64,000 nt of DNA from Malacoraja senta (lineage: Eukaryota): assembly GCA_038087875.1 (NCBI GenBank), contig CM075991.1, positions 4,774,001-4,838,000 of the forward strand, written 5' to 3'. This document shows positions 49,940 through 61,900 of this stretch, piece by piece; positions within the stretch are counted from its first letter, which is position 1; the number at the start of each line of letters is the position of its first letter. The notes under the pieces are model-generated. The model was given only the letters and a program-made list of their open reading frames with translations. It searched no databases and was not told where the DNA came from. Made by a program: the position numbers and the translations under genes.

Positions 49940-50165
49940 ATTTTGTTTAGAGATACAGTGCAGAAACAGACACTTCGGCCCATTGAGTTCGCGCCGACCG
50001 GCGATCCCCGTCCACTAACGCTATCCTACAATTTTACCAAGCCAATTAACCTACAAACCTGTATATCTTTGTAGTGTGGAAGGAAACCGGAGCTCCTGAA
50101 GAATGTACAAACTCCATACAGACAGCACCCATAATCAGGATCGAACCTGGGTCTCTAGCGCTCAC
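49940..50165 (-). mobile_element. HE1-like SINE with internal deletions
   Basis: gtttagagatacagtgcagaaacag...aaactccatacagacagcaccc...gatcgaacctgggtctct. Confidence 0.8.
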
Positions 50166-50831
50166 CACCTTCATATCTTCATTTTTTTTGTATATTTTGC
50201 TGTTTCTGGAATATAATATCTTCCACCAGGAGCCAATATCGGCAAAGTAAACTCTTAAAATGACTACATTTTAATGGATATATATGAGAAAATTATATTT
50301 ATTTATTTGAACCTTTTTTTGATAATCATTGATGCCTTTGTTTTGTTGGAGTGAAATTGCCATCCTTAAGGCAAAGAAATGTGGCATCACGGGAAGACTT
50401 GCCATGAAAAATATGTACTAGTGCTCCACGACACATTAGTCATCTTCAGAATATTTCTGCAACCATATTAAACTGACACGAAACATCAAATTGACAGATG
50501 TTTTTGATGTTCTCAGTGATATAATGACTTGGGAAAAGACTTTTCTTGGTTAAATATACTCCACTTTATTGTGAGGTGTTACTCGATTTATCTATTACCC
50601 AGTAAATATTTCCTGAGCTGTTTCTTTTCAACAGTAAAATACAATGCTAATTTATACAGGTTTGGCAAAAAATTAATTTTACATCTGTAGATGATTAATT
50701 GTATGGGCAGTAGCTCTCAATGAAATGTTTTCCTGCCTTGGTCTTCTGTGTTGAACACTGAGAAAGAGAAAAGGGATTTTAATTATTGTTTTCAACAAAG
50801 ACTTGCATGGTAAAATGATTTATCAGTGAAA

Positions 50832-52835
50832 CAAAGAAACATACGAAAAAGGTGCAGGAGTAGGCCATTCGGCCCTTTGAGCCAGTGCTGCCATTCAATC
50901 AGTACCCCGCTCCTGCCTTCTCCCCATATCCCTTGATTCCGCTAGCTCTGAGAGCTCTATCTAACTCTCTTTTGAATGCATCCAGTGAATCGGCCTCCAC
51001 TGCCTTCTGATGCAGAGAATTCCACAAATTCACAACTCTCTGGGTGAAAAAGTTTTTCCTCATCTCAGTTCTAAATGCCCTTATTCTTAAACTGTGGCCC
51101 CTGGTTCTTGACTCCCCCAACATCGGGAACATGTTGCCTGCATCTAGCTTGTCCAATCCCTTAATAATTTTATATGTTTCTATAAGATACCCTCTCATCC
51201 TTCTAAAATTCCAGTGAATACAAGCCCATTCGTTCGATTCCTTCATCATATGACAGTCCTGCCATCCCGGGAATTAACCTCGTGAACCTATGCTGCACTC
51301 CCTCAATAGCAAGAATGTCCTTCATCAAATTAGGAGACCAAAACTGCACGCAATACTCCAGGTGTGGTCTCAACTGGGCCCTGTACGACTGCAGAAGGAC
51401 CTTTTTGTTCCTATACTCAAGTCCTCTCGTTATGAAGGCCAACATGCCATTAGCTTTCTTCACTGCCTGCTGTACCTGCATGCTTACTTTTAGTGACTGA
51501 TGTACAAGGACACTCAGGTCTCATTGCACTTACCCTTTTCCTAATCTGACACCATTCAGATAATAATCTGCCTTCTTGTTCTTGCCACCAAACTGGATAA
51601 CCTCACATTTATCCGCATTATACTGCATCTGCCATGCATCTGCCCACTCACCCAACCTATCCAAGTCACCCTGCATCCTCGTACCATCCTCTTCATAGTT
51701 CACACTGCCACCCAGCTTTGTGTCATCTGCAAATTCACTAATGTTACTTTTATGATAATGTTCCTTCATCTAAATTATTAATATATATTGTAAATAGCTG
51801 CGGTCCCAACACCGAGCCTTGTGGAACCCAGCAGTCACTGCCTGCTATTCTGAAAGGGACCAGTTAATTCCTACTCTTTGTTTCCTGTCTGCCAACCAAT
51901 TTTCTATCCATATCAATACCCTACCCCCAATACCATGTGCTCTAATTTTGCCCACTAATCTCCTGTGTGGGACCTTATCAAAGGTTTTCTGAAAGTCCCT
52001 GTTTTCCCTCTCCCTCCTTTCTTAAAATGTGGGATAACATCAGCTCTCCTCCCATCCACAGGAACGGATCCAGAATCTGTGGAACATTGGAAAATGATCA
52101 CCAATGCGTCCACGATTTCTAGAGCCACCTCCTTGAGTACGCTGGTATGCAGACCAACAGGCCCTGGGGATTTATCAGCCTTCAGTCCAATCAGTCCACC
52201 CAACACCATTTCCTGACTAATGTGAATTTCCTTCAGTTCCTCCATCATCCTAGATCCTCTGTCCCCTAGTACTTCTGGGAGATTGTTGGTGTCTTCCTTA
52301 GTGAAGACAGAACCAAAGTACCTGTTCAAATCGTCTGCCATTTCCTTGTTCCCCATAATAAATTCACCTATTTCTGTCTTAACTAATCTTTTCATCTTCA
52401 CATACCTAAAGAAGCTTTTACTATCCTCCTTTATATTCTTGGCTAGCTTACCTTAGTACACCATCTTTTCTCCCCATATTGCCTTTTCAGTTACCTTCTG
52501 TTGTTCTTTAAGAGTGTCCCAATCCTCTGGCTTCCCGCTCATCTTTGCTACGTTATACGTCTTCTCTTTTAGTTTTATACTGTCCTTGACTTCCCTTGCC
52601 AGCCACGGTCGCCTCTTACTCCCCTTAGAATCTATCCACCTCTTTGGAATGGAATGATCCTGCATCTTCTGGATTATTACCAGAAATTCCTGCCATTGCT
52701 GTTCCACCGTCATCCCTGCTAGGGTCCCTTTCCAGTCAACTTTGGCCAGCTCCTCCCTCATGCCTCCATAGTCCCCTTTGTTCAGCTGCAATACTGACAC
52801 TTCTGATTTTACCTTCTCCCTCTCAAAACTGCGAA
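50832..52835 (-). mobile_element. CR1 LINE, ~2 kb ORF2 fragment with internal deletions
   Basis: Minus-strand ORFs KGDYGGMREELAKVDW..., LNRYFGSVFTKED...KSPGP, ISEFADDTKLGG...MQGDLDRL and RPHLEYCVQFWSP. Confidence 0.93.
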
Positions 52836-52939
52836 TGAACCTACCTATATCTCCCATTATAAGAGTATTCTGCTTTTGCAAAGACCCCACATGGGCGACA
52901 GTAGCCAGGGCACTTACTATCCACTCAATTGGAAGAGGC

Positions 52940-53200
52940 ATGTTAAAGAAGGAACTGCAGATGCTGGAAAATCGAAGGTACACAAAAATGCTGGAGAAAC
53001 TCAGCGGGTGCAGCAGCATCTATGGAGCGAAGGAAATAGGCAACGTTTCGGGCCGAAACCCTTCTTCAGACTGATAGGGGGTGGGGAGAAGAAAGGAAAA
53101 AAGGGAAAAAGGCGGAGGAGGAGCCCGAGGGCTAGGGGATGGGAGGAGACAACCAGAGGGCTGATGACGGGGAGGGGACAGCAAGGGCTAGCAGGGGCTG
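52940..53200 (-). mobile_element. Penelope-derived short element with an intact hammerhead-like core (53042-53069)
   Basis: The minus strand reads CTGAAGA-a-GGGTT tc GGCCC-GAAACGTT. Confidence 0.8.
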
Positions 53201-53259
53201 GAAGAGGCTGTTAGCAGCCAAAAGAATGTCTGGCTAATGGAATCTTTTCAAATTGAAAT

Positions 53260-53600
53260 AGAAAGACTTCAGGGTCAAAATGTTCCTGTTAGAGTGACGG
53301 AAGATGCTAGCAGGATTAGGGAACCCTGGACAACAAGGGATATTGAGCTCTGGCCAGGAAAAAAGAAGAGGCAGATGTCGGGTATAGGCAGCTATAATCA
53401 AGTGAATCTTTGAGGAACATAAAGCATTTTAAATTCCCCTTGTAAAGAAATTGGGAGAGCAAAACATGGACGTGAGATATCTTTGGCAGATAAAGGTGAA
53501 CTTCAAGAGATTCTTTAACTATATTAAGAGAAAACGTGTAACTAGGGATAGTTACACTATGTGTGGAGCTATGGGAGATGGCTGAGGTCTTAACTGAATC
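53260..53600 (+). mobile_element. Degenerate CR1 ORF2 linker fragment
   Basis: gttcctgttagagtg...agggaaccctgg...tatattaagagaaaacgtgtaactaggga. Confidence 0.55.
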
Positions 53601-54199
53601 CTTAACTGCAAGAATGTCATAGGATATAATTGGTCGAGCTCCAGGGGGTGTATGCCTTTGTGCACCTCAAGACTGCCGATACTTCTCATAAAGGCATACA
53701 GCACAGAAACAGACCCTTCAGCCCAACTTGCCCACACTGACCAAGATGCCCCATCATTGCTAGCTCAATGTTGGGGATGCCCAGTGCTACTATCTTCAGT
53801 CTGTGCACCATTGTAATGCCCTCCTCTGGTAGATGCGCTGAAAGTGGTACAAGGTGTATCCAGGGATGGAGCAATAGGCACACATTCTGTAAATATGCTT
53901 TCCATAAGATGATTATTGCTTTATTAGTAATCTATGTTCGATTTAGGCTCATTGTTGAGCCAGAGAAATGTGAGTTTTCTTCCATTATTGTTCTCTATAT
54001 CAAGAATGGTTAATGCTCTCAAAGGATAACAAATGAAGCCTTTACTCCAGAAGGCTGATACATTTTGAATGAATGCAATGCTAAATTCTGGGGAAAGTCC
54101 AAATTCATATAGGATATGTAATATTAGAAGCTGTATTCTTAATATGAAGTTCTAACATTTTTTTTGTTATCACTGTTCCTCCTTATTTCACCCTGACAG

Positions 54200-54245
54200 G
54201 GTAGAGAACTCCAGCTTGGAGACGTTCGAGGCACAGTTCTCACAG
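54200..54245 (+). CDS. Candidate 46-bp coding exon of an unidentified host gene
   Basis: Acceptor ttcctccttatttcaccctgacag and strong donor CAG|gtaagc. Open as (x)VENSSLETFEAQFSQ or GRELQLGDVRGTVLT; GC-richer than the flanks. Confidence 0.45.
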
Positions 54246-54932
54246 GTAAGCAATGTTTGATCACCATCCCCTTAATGTGCCACCTACATCACAGACAATA
54301 ACTCCCCCCACAACCACCTATAGCTAAGAAATACTGGGCTGGCACAATACTCCTCCACTCCTGTGACACAAGGATTGCTCAGTGATTTAGCCAGAAGAGG
54401 AGGTGTGCTTATTAATTCTCACAGAATAAGGAAAATAACTAAAGCTGTTTATGGTAATCTTAAAGGTATATTCTCCCACTGCAAATGTTGTTAGCTCTAC
54501 CTCCCTCACCAGTTTCTAAGTACCACCCTGAACAGATGAATAAAGTAAAACACAACAACTTCAGTGACTCATGCAGTGAGTGTAACTGGAAAGGTGAAAT
54601 TAAGGACATTGACATACCTTTTTCCAATGCAACAAAAATCCCACAGCACTCTGCTTATTTGTGTTCGGGAACCAGCAATTTGAAGGTAACAAAGCATCCC
54701 AAGCCACTGGACAGAAACATTAACAGCCAAACTTTCTCTCCAGCCCACAAATAGAGAGTGTGTTGGTCAAGAGCAAAAACAAAGTGCTGGAGGAACCGAG
54801 TGGGTCAGACAACATTTGTCTGCGGAATGGGCAGATGATGTTTCAGGTTGGGAACCAACTGGTCAAAAATTAGATTTTAATAAGGAGAAAACTGAGGTAA
54901 ATGGCAGGGAGATTTGGGAACATAATTGCTTG

Positions 54933-56385
54933 GAGTCATAGAGTCATACAGTGTGGAAACAGGCCCTTCGGCTCAACTTGCCCATGCCGACCGATATGCC
55001 CCATCTACACTAGTCCCACCTGCCTGTGCTTGGCTCAAATCCCTTTAAACCTATCCTGTCAATAGACAATAAACAATAGACAATAGGTGCAGGAGTAGGC
55101 CATTCGGCCCTTCGAGCCAGCACCACCATTCAGCGTGATCATGGCTGATCATCCCCAATCAGTACCCCGTTCCTGCCTTCTCCCCATATCCCCTGACTCC
55201 GCTATCTTTAAGAGCCCTATCTAGCTCTCTCTTGAAAGTATCCAGAGAACCTGCCTCCACCACCCTCTGAGGCAGAGTCACCACTCTCTGTGAGAAAAAT
55301 TGTTTCCTCGTCTCCGTTCTAAATGGCTTACCCCTTATTCTTAAACTGTGGCCCCTGGTTCTGGACTCCCCCAACATCGGGAACATGTTTCCTGCCTCTA
55401 GCGTGTCCAAACCCTTAACAATCTTATATGTTTCAATGAGATGCCTTCTCATCCTTCTAAACTCCAGAGTGTACAAGCCCAGCCGCTCCATTCTCTCAGC
55501 ACATGACAGTCCCGCCATCCCGGGAATTAACCTTGTAAACCTACGCTGCACTCCCTCAATAGCAAGAATGTCCTTCCTCAAATTAGGGGACCAAAACTGC
55601 ACACAATACTACAGGTGTGGTCTCACTAGGGCTCTGTACAACTGCAGAAGGACCTCTTTGCTCCTATACTCAACTCCTCTTGTTATAAAGGCCAACATGC
55701 CATTCGCTTTCTTCAATGCCTGCTGTACCTGCATGCTTACTTTCATAGACTGATGAACAAGGACCCCCAGATCTCATGGTACTTCCCCTTTTCCCAACAT
55801 GACGCCATTTAGATAGTAATCTGCCTTCCTGTTTTTGCTACCAAAGTGGATAACCTCACATTTATCCACATTAAACTTCATCTGCCATGCATCTGCCCAC
55901 TTCCCCAAACTGTCCAAGTCACCCTGCATTCTCATAGCATTCTCCTTACAGTTCACACTGCCACCCAGCTTTGTGTCATCTGCAAATTTGCTAATGTTAC
56001 TTTGAATCCCTTCATTCAAATCATTGATGTATATTGTAAATAGCTGCGGTCCCAGCACCGTCTTGCGGTACCCCAGAAGTCACTGCCTGCCATTCTGAAA
56101 GGGACCCGTTAATCCCTACTCTTTGTTTCCTGTCTGCCAACCAATTTTCTATCCATGTCAGAACTCTACCCCCAATACCATGTGCCCTAATTTTGCCCAC
56201 TAATCTCCTATGTGGGACCTTATCAAATGCCATGTACCTGTCCAAATGTCTCAACTACCTGCCTCAACTACCTCCTTTCCGGCAGCTCATTCCATATACC
56301 CACCACCCTTTGTATTAAAAAAAAGTTACCCCTCAGGTTCCTATTGAATCATGATGGCCCCTCACCTCAAACATACGTCCTCCAG
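54933..56385 (-). mobile_element. Young CR1 (55060-56230) nested in an older CR1 3' end (54933-55059 and 56231-56385)
   Basis: Inner copy: AFDKVPHRRL...LGPQLFTIYINDL...KFADDTKLGG...QFWSPNLRKDILAIEGVQRRFTRLIPG with a (caataga)n tail. The outer halves rejoin as aaacctatcctgt|ccatgtacctgtcc, as at 60019-60045. Confidence 0.92.
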
Positions 56386-56749
56386 TTAGGAGGGCCGATT
56401 AAAATTAGGGATCAAGATTTTTTTCGGGGTGGAGGAAGAATATGGAAACAAGGAAGGACAGACTTGTGGACAATTTAGAAATAGGGGTAAGCATTCAAAA
56501 ATTGACGAGTGTGAACAAGAATAAGTGCAATTTACTGTACATTTTGTAGAATTTTAAATGATAGAGCTAAGGGAGTTCACAACTCACTGATCTGATCAAA
56601 ACTCTGCAGAGTTGCTCACACTTGAAGTTATAAATGTTGGCGAGCAATTAAATAGCTAGAGTCACCGAGTCATACAACACTGAATCAGACTCTTTGGACA
56701 AATTCATCCATGCCAACCAAGATGCATCCATGAGCTAATGGGAGTCTGT

Positions 56750-57262
56750 CAGTTACTGATCTCGCCACCATCGAAGGGGTCTGCAGGAAGCGCTGCCTCA
56801 AAAATGCAGCAGCATCATCAGGGACCCACACCGCCCTTGCCACACTCTCATTTCACTCCTGCCAGCGGGAAGAAAGTATAGGAGCTCGTAAACTGTAACA
56901 TCAAGATTCAGGAGCAGCTTCTTCCCAACAACCATCAGGAGAATAAACACGGCGAACTCCAAATAAATTCCAAACTGCAAACTGCCTTGATTGTACCAGG
57001 GACTTGTTTTTGTCCTTGCATTATTATGTGTTTCTGTTTATATATTGAACTTTATTTTGTGGTTACTAATGGTGTCTACTGAGTACTGTGTGCTGCTGCA
57101 CCCGCTGAGTTTCTCCAGCACTTTTGCCTACCTTCGATTTTCCAGCATCTGCAGTTCCTTCTTGAACATGTTTACATATCTGCTGGGCTACTGCAAATAA
57201 GAATTTCATCGTCTGTTTTTGGACATATGACAATAAAACACTCTTGACAGCATGACTCTTGA
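56750..57262 (+). mobile_element. Rex1/Babar-type LINE 3' end, with a Penelope-derived insert at ~57088-57168
   Basis: IIRDPHRPCHTLISLLPAGRKYRS...SRFRSSFFPTTIR resembles the Rex1/Babar C-terminus; tail gacaataaaacactcttgac...actcttga. Confidence 0.75.
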
Positions 57263-57435
57263 GGAGTAGGTGCCAAGTATATTCCATCCTGAATGGTGGC
57301 AGTGCCCAGCACATTGAGGAGTAGGTGCCTTGAGGAGTAGGTGCCTTGAGGAGTAGGTGCCTTGAGGAGTAGGTGCCTTGAGGAGTAGGTGCCAAGTATA
57401 TTCCATCCTGAATGGTGGCAGTGCCCAGCACATTG
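57259..57435. repeat. Compound tandem repeat: 55-bp unit x2 with four extra 16-bp units
   Basis: ttgaggagtaggtgcc at 57259, 57314, 57330, 57346, 57362 and 57378, plus an identical 39-bp segment at 57275-57313 and 57394-57432. Confidence 0.95.
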
Positions 57436-57495
57436 CGAATGTCCAGCTGAAGCAGCGTCACTGTATTTGTTCAGAAATGCTGAAAAGATGATTGA

Positions 57496-57655
57496 TGTGC
57501 AAGAAGGAACTGCAGATGCTGGTTTAAACCGAAGATAGACACAAAATGCTGGAGTAACTCAGCGGGACAGGCAGCATCTCTGGAGAGAAGGAATGGGTGA
57601 CGTTTCGGATCGAGACCCTTCTTCAGACTGAGAGTCGGGGGGGGGGGGGAGAGAG
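57496..57655 (-). mobile_element. Penelope-derived short element with an intact hammerhead-like core (57599-57626)
   Basis: The minus strand reads CTGAAGA-a-GGGTC tc GATCC-GAAACGTC. Confidence 0.8.
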
Positions 57656-57759
57656 ATGATTCAACGACTTCTTCCTGAGAGTCTTCCAAACATGTAAACC
57701 AGTCTTCAGCCAATCCCAAGTGATAGCAAAAAAATGTGTGGCAGCACTCAATATGGCAA

Positions 57760-58330
57760 AGGCTATGGGACTAAATAGTATCCCAGCCCAGTAATGAATA
57801 TGTGAGCTCCAGTATTGGCCATGCCTCTTCACAGCCTGGATCCACATACGGATGATAGAACTAAATTGCAGTCAGGATGTGAGGCTGGCTGCCCTCGACC
57901 TCAAAAGCAGCTTTTGATTGAGTGTGGCATTGGACAACACCCATAAAACTAAAGTCAGTGGGCATCAAGGGGAAAGCACTTCAGTGGTTGGAGTCACGCC
58001 TCGCATAAGAAGGAAGTTTGTACCCGTTGGAGGTCAATCATCCCTGGCCCAAGACTTTAGTGTGAGTTCCTCAGGACACTGATCTTGACACATCCATCTT
58101 CAGCTGCTTCATGAACGATTTCATAAAGGGTGCGAATGTTCGCTGATGATTGAACACTGCTCAATGTCATTCGTCCTTCCTCCGTAACTAAAGCAACTAT
58201 ATTCCGCAAGACCTATACAGAGCAGATATGTGGAAACTAACATTTGCGGCACAAATATGTCTGGCAATGAGCAAGGCAGAGCCTGATAAATTCAATGCCG
58301 TTAATTGCTGGACCCCCCACCATAAGCATC
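57760..58330 (+). mobile_element. Old CR1/L2-group RT remnant
   Basis: Remnants of ALD-KAAFD-VWH, GIKGKALQWLESRL, VPQ..LxxxIFSCFMND and MFADD. Confidence 0.65.
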
Positions 58331-58774
58331 TTAATATGTAACAGGATAATATTAATCAAAGGCCAGTGTCACCTGATTTACACAAAGATCTTGTTTTGAA
58401 CACTCTGTGTTGTCTGAAGTGCATTCACAAATGACAAGACAGATTTGAGTGTAACTCGGTATTATTCATGCAATGTAATGGAGTAATCATCACTGCAATG
58501 TGACTATCTATTCCCTCCCATTGGAAATGGGTACGAAATCACCACAAGATACCACAGGGTGTGTTTGGCGAATTATTATGACCTGATTTAATTGAAACAT
58601 AAATATATATTTTAATTGCTGCTAACATCTTGCAATTACATCAAACCTGCACAAATCTTTTGTGTACCAGTCCCCTTAATGGCCATAGGCAAGTGTTGTA
58701 ATGATCATATTTACAGTTATCACACTTCTGACAACAAGCTTTGTATAAAGACAAATACTAATTATGTTAAAGTA

Positions 58775-58940
58775 GGAGCAATAAGCAATCCGCAGGAGGA
58801 ACTTAGCAAGTTGAGCCGCATCTGCGGGCCCACAACGTCGACCAACCCTTTCCCTCCACAGATGCTGCTCAACCTGCTGAGTTTCTCCAGCAGATGGTTT
58901 GTTGCTCCCGATTCCAGCATCTGCAGTCTCTTGTGTCTCC
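58775..58940. mobile_element. Penelope-derived inverted pair, degenerate
   Basis: gcaggaggaacttagcaagttgagccgcatctgcgg faces cacagatgctgctcaacctgctgagtttctccagc...ccagcatctgcagtctcttgtgtctc. Confidence 0.65.
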
Positions 58941-59902
58941 GTGTTAAAATAGCCACATTTGATTTTAGCAAAACATGGACGAAGAATGGAGAAGAAATCA
59001 TATTATAAACTGTTGGAATTAATTTGTATAAAATTCTTTCGATTGCAATTTTTGAAAATAATTAACCCACTTATTGCAACAAAAATATAAGAATTTAAAC
59101 ATCTGTACCAACATATTCATAAGTTGAATACAATCTCAGGCAAAATGTAAGTATAATGCACTTCTAGCTATTAGTTCTCTTCCAAAGCTCCTCCCTATCT
59201 TCAACTCATCCCCTTATGATCTACTTGTACTGACTGTGCTTCCTTGGCATCTTCAAGTTTCATTCTAGCTGCCACAAGAAGCTAAAGAGAAATTCATTCC
59301 CTCAACCCAACCTCTCCACGACTTCATCTCACCCCAACATCAAGTCAGTTGCAAACCAGTTTCCTATCACTTCCAATAGAAAAGTGGCTTCAAAAGCAAA
59401 ACACCTTGCAAAATACTGCAGTTCTGTATCTGACTGTATCTTATTAAAACACAAATCTCTGTGTATTTTTCTGTTCATCCATATCAACTTCCATTATCAC
59501 ATGTACCATGTTTTACCTGCTCTAAATTTCTCTATTTACATTTATAATGAGATTGCATTGTGCTCACTTGCCTCAACACCAGAAATTAACTAATGTAATG
59601 TATTTTATCATGCACAACACAGCCTATCTTGTCTTGTAGTCTATGGCAACTTGAATTGTGCTATTCACAATGTAACTCCAGCAGCGAGCTGTTACTGGTA
59701 ACATTTCCAAATAGTAAGACTGACACAGATTGTAACCCACTTAAACATATGGAGCGATGTTTATTTTTCAGAGTGGTATTCACAAAAGTAGATTTCATTT
59801 TAAAACCATTATGAGAGATTTCCATTCTTATAGAGAGAACATGTCTGTGATGAGGCTAACAGTGTTTGGGGGGAAGCTAGTTTGGATTTGTTTCACAAGT
59901 GT

Positions 59903-60180
59903 AGAGTCATAGAGTCATACAGTGTGGAAACAGTCCCTTCAGCCCAACTTGCTCACACAGAGCAACCTGTCCTATCTATACTAGTGCCAATTGCCTGCAT
60001 TTGACACATACCCCTCTAAACCTGCCCTGTCCATGTACCTGTCTAATTCTTTCTTAAACGTTGTGATAGTCCCTGCCTCAACTACCTCCTCCAGCAGGTC
60101 GTTCCATACACCCACCACCCTTTGTGTGACAAAGTTACCCCTCAGATTCCTATAAAATCTTTCCACCATCGCCTTAAGCA
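59903..60180 (-). mobile_element. CR1 LINE 3' fragment
   Basis: NLRGNFVTQRVVGVWNDLLEEVVEAGTITTFKKELDRYMD, with a (agagtcat)n tail. Confidence 0.85.
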
Positions 60181-60699
60181 TCTCTGATGAGCTAACAGCA
60201 CAATGCATATTCTGAATCTGGGACCCCTCTACTTGTCTCACTACCACATTGCTCAAAGGCAGTTAGAAATAGCTAATAAATAATGGCCTGGTCAGTGAGG
60301 CCCACATACCATAAATGAATGGTAAAATAATGCATGTAATGCAGCTGCTCACTGCAATATTAGGAGGGCAAGATATTCCTTTTAATATTTGCTGAGGGAT
60401 ATAATAAATAACATTGTGTTTATTTAGGAAGGGTTAAACATTGATCAGTAGAATTTTGGTTCCTTGTATTACTTTTTGCCAGGAAAGATATTTTCCTTTT
60501 TGACCCTTCCAGTGTGTACCAATGTAATTGTAATCTGCCTCCTCAATTCACCCAACAAATAGGAATAAACAATAAATGGTAGCATTACCAGTGATTGTCA
60601 CATCCTGTGAATGACAAAAAAATTATATAACAAAATATTGATTGGACTTTCATTGTGGACACAGAACTATATTCTTCACACTGTAGCTCCCTTCACTGC

Positions 60700-60820
60700 C
60701 TATTTACGTTTGGCTTGATTATATTTATCTATAGTAATATCTGATTTGATTAGATAGCATGCAAAGCAAAGCTTTTCACTGTACCTCGGCACACGTGACA
60801 ATAATAAACCTAAACCTATT
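60700..60820 (+). mobile_element. Rex1/L2-type LINE 3' tail
   Basis: aaagcttttcactgtacctcggcacacgtgacaataataaacctaaacct. Confidence 0.65.
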
Positions 60821-61049
60821 TGATAGGATAATGTAGCAACCTTCTACAAATATTAATAGTATGGTTAGATTGAGTTATATGACATTTTACCTCTCTTAAA
60901 CATTGAAGAAATTGATAATTATACCAATTGCAGCAGGGGGAAAAATTGAGGTAAATTTTACGAAATGCAACCGTATTCTTGAATTTTATTTTAATAGTTT
61001 ACTGTAAGAGTAAGCCCAATGCATCCATCTGATTTCCAAGCTCTTTTCT

Positions 61050-61430
61050 TATATATATATATACTTTAAATGTCCTCTCATACATTTAAATATGAAATGT
61101 TATACTCTGAAATGTACGAATATATCTCAAACAAAGTTTTTTATCTTAATAAATTTTTCCATTCTTCTTTAACTATCTTTTTCTTTTCTGTTTTCTTTTT
61201 TTTCTTTTTTTTTTTCTTTCTCTCTCTTTTCTTCTCTCTCTTTTCTTTCTTTACTTCATCTATCTTTTTAGTTCTATCTAGTTTAAAAAAAACAAAAAAA
61301 GGCAAAAGGTATTGGAGACAATGTAATAATAATTGACAATATTATCAATTTAAAAATACAAGACTGGTAATGATGTTAATATGTTATGTACTTATCTCCA
61401 ATAAAAAATATTTTCCAAAAAAAAAAAAGA
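61050..61430 (+). mobile_element. Probable L1/Tx1-type 3' UTR fragment with poly(A)
   Basis: Long T/C tract, then tgtacttatctccAATAAA and an A13 tail; same layout as 22290-22581. Confidence 0.55.
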
Positions 61431-61716
61431 TACTTTCTTATTTTAAGTGTATTCTGTTTCAGTTTCAACTGGCTCTATGAATGGCCACTTGGGTGCTATT
61501 TCTAAGAAAGCTTGCATGAAGAAAAATCCAGCTTTGCTTTTCATGTTTCTCATCTTAATTCCAATTTATGCCTCAATTGTACTGAACTTTTACAACCTCA
61601 TGCACTGTTACCCACAATGTAACATATCAACTAAATATTGCATTTATAAATGCTCCTTTAACTTGGCAAGATTCCTGCTCATCTATCATTCCATAACATA
61701 TCCTCTACTTTCATTG

Positions 61717-61900
61717 TGTAGGAAAGAACTGCAGATGCTGGATTTTAGACACAAAATGCTGGAGTAACTCAGAGAGTTAGGCAGCATCTCTGGAGAGAAG
61801 GAATGGGTGACGTTTCGGGTCAAGACCCTTCAGTCTGAAGAAGGGTCTCGACCCGAAATGTCACCCATTCTTTCTCACTAGAGATGCTGCCTGACTCGCT
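61717..61900. mobile_element. Inverted pair of Penelope-derived ends inside a 14-bp TSD
   Basis: ctctactttcattg at 61703-61716 and 61901-61914. The arms meet at ...gacccttcag|tctgaagaagggtctcgacccgaaatgtc. Confidence 0.85.

Noticed and set aside
57259..57435. CRISPR-like repeat/spacer appearance
   Set aside because: The two spacers are identical, most repeats are directly adjacent, there are no cas genes, and the context is vertebrate. It is a tandem repeat.
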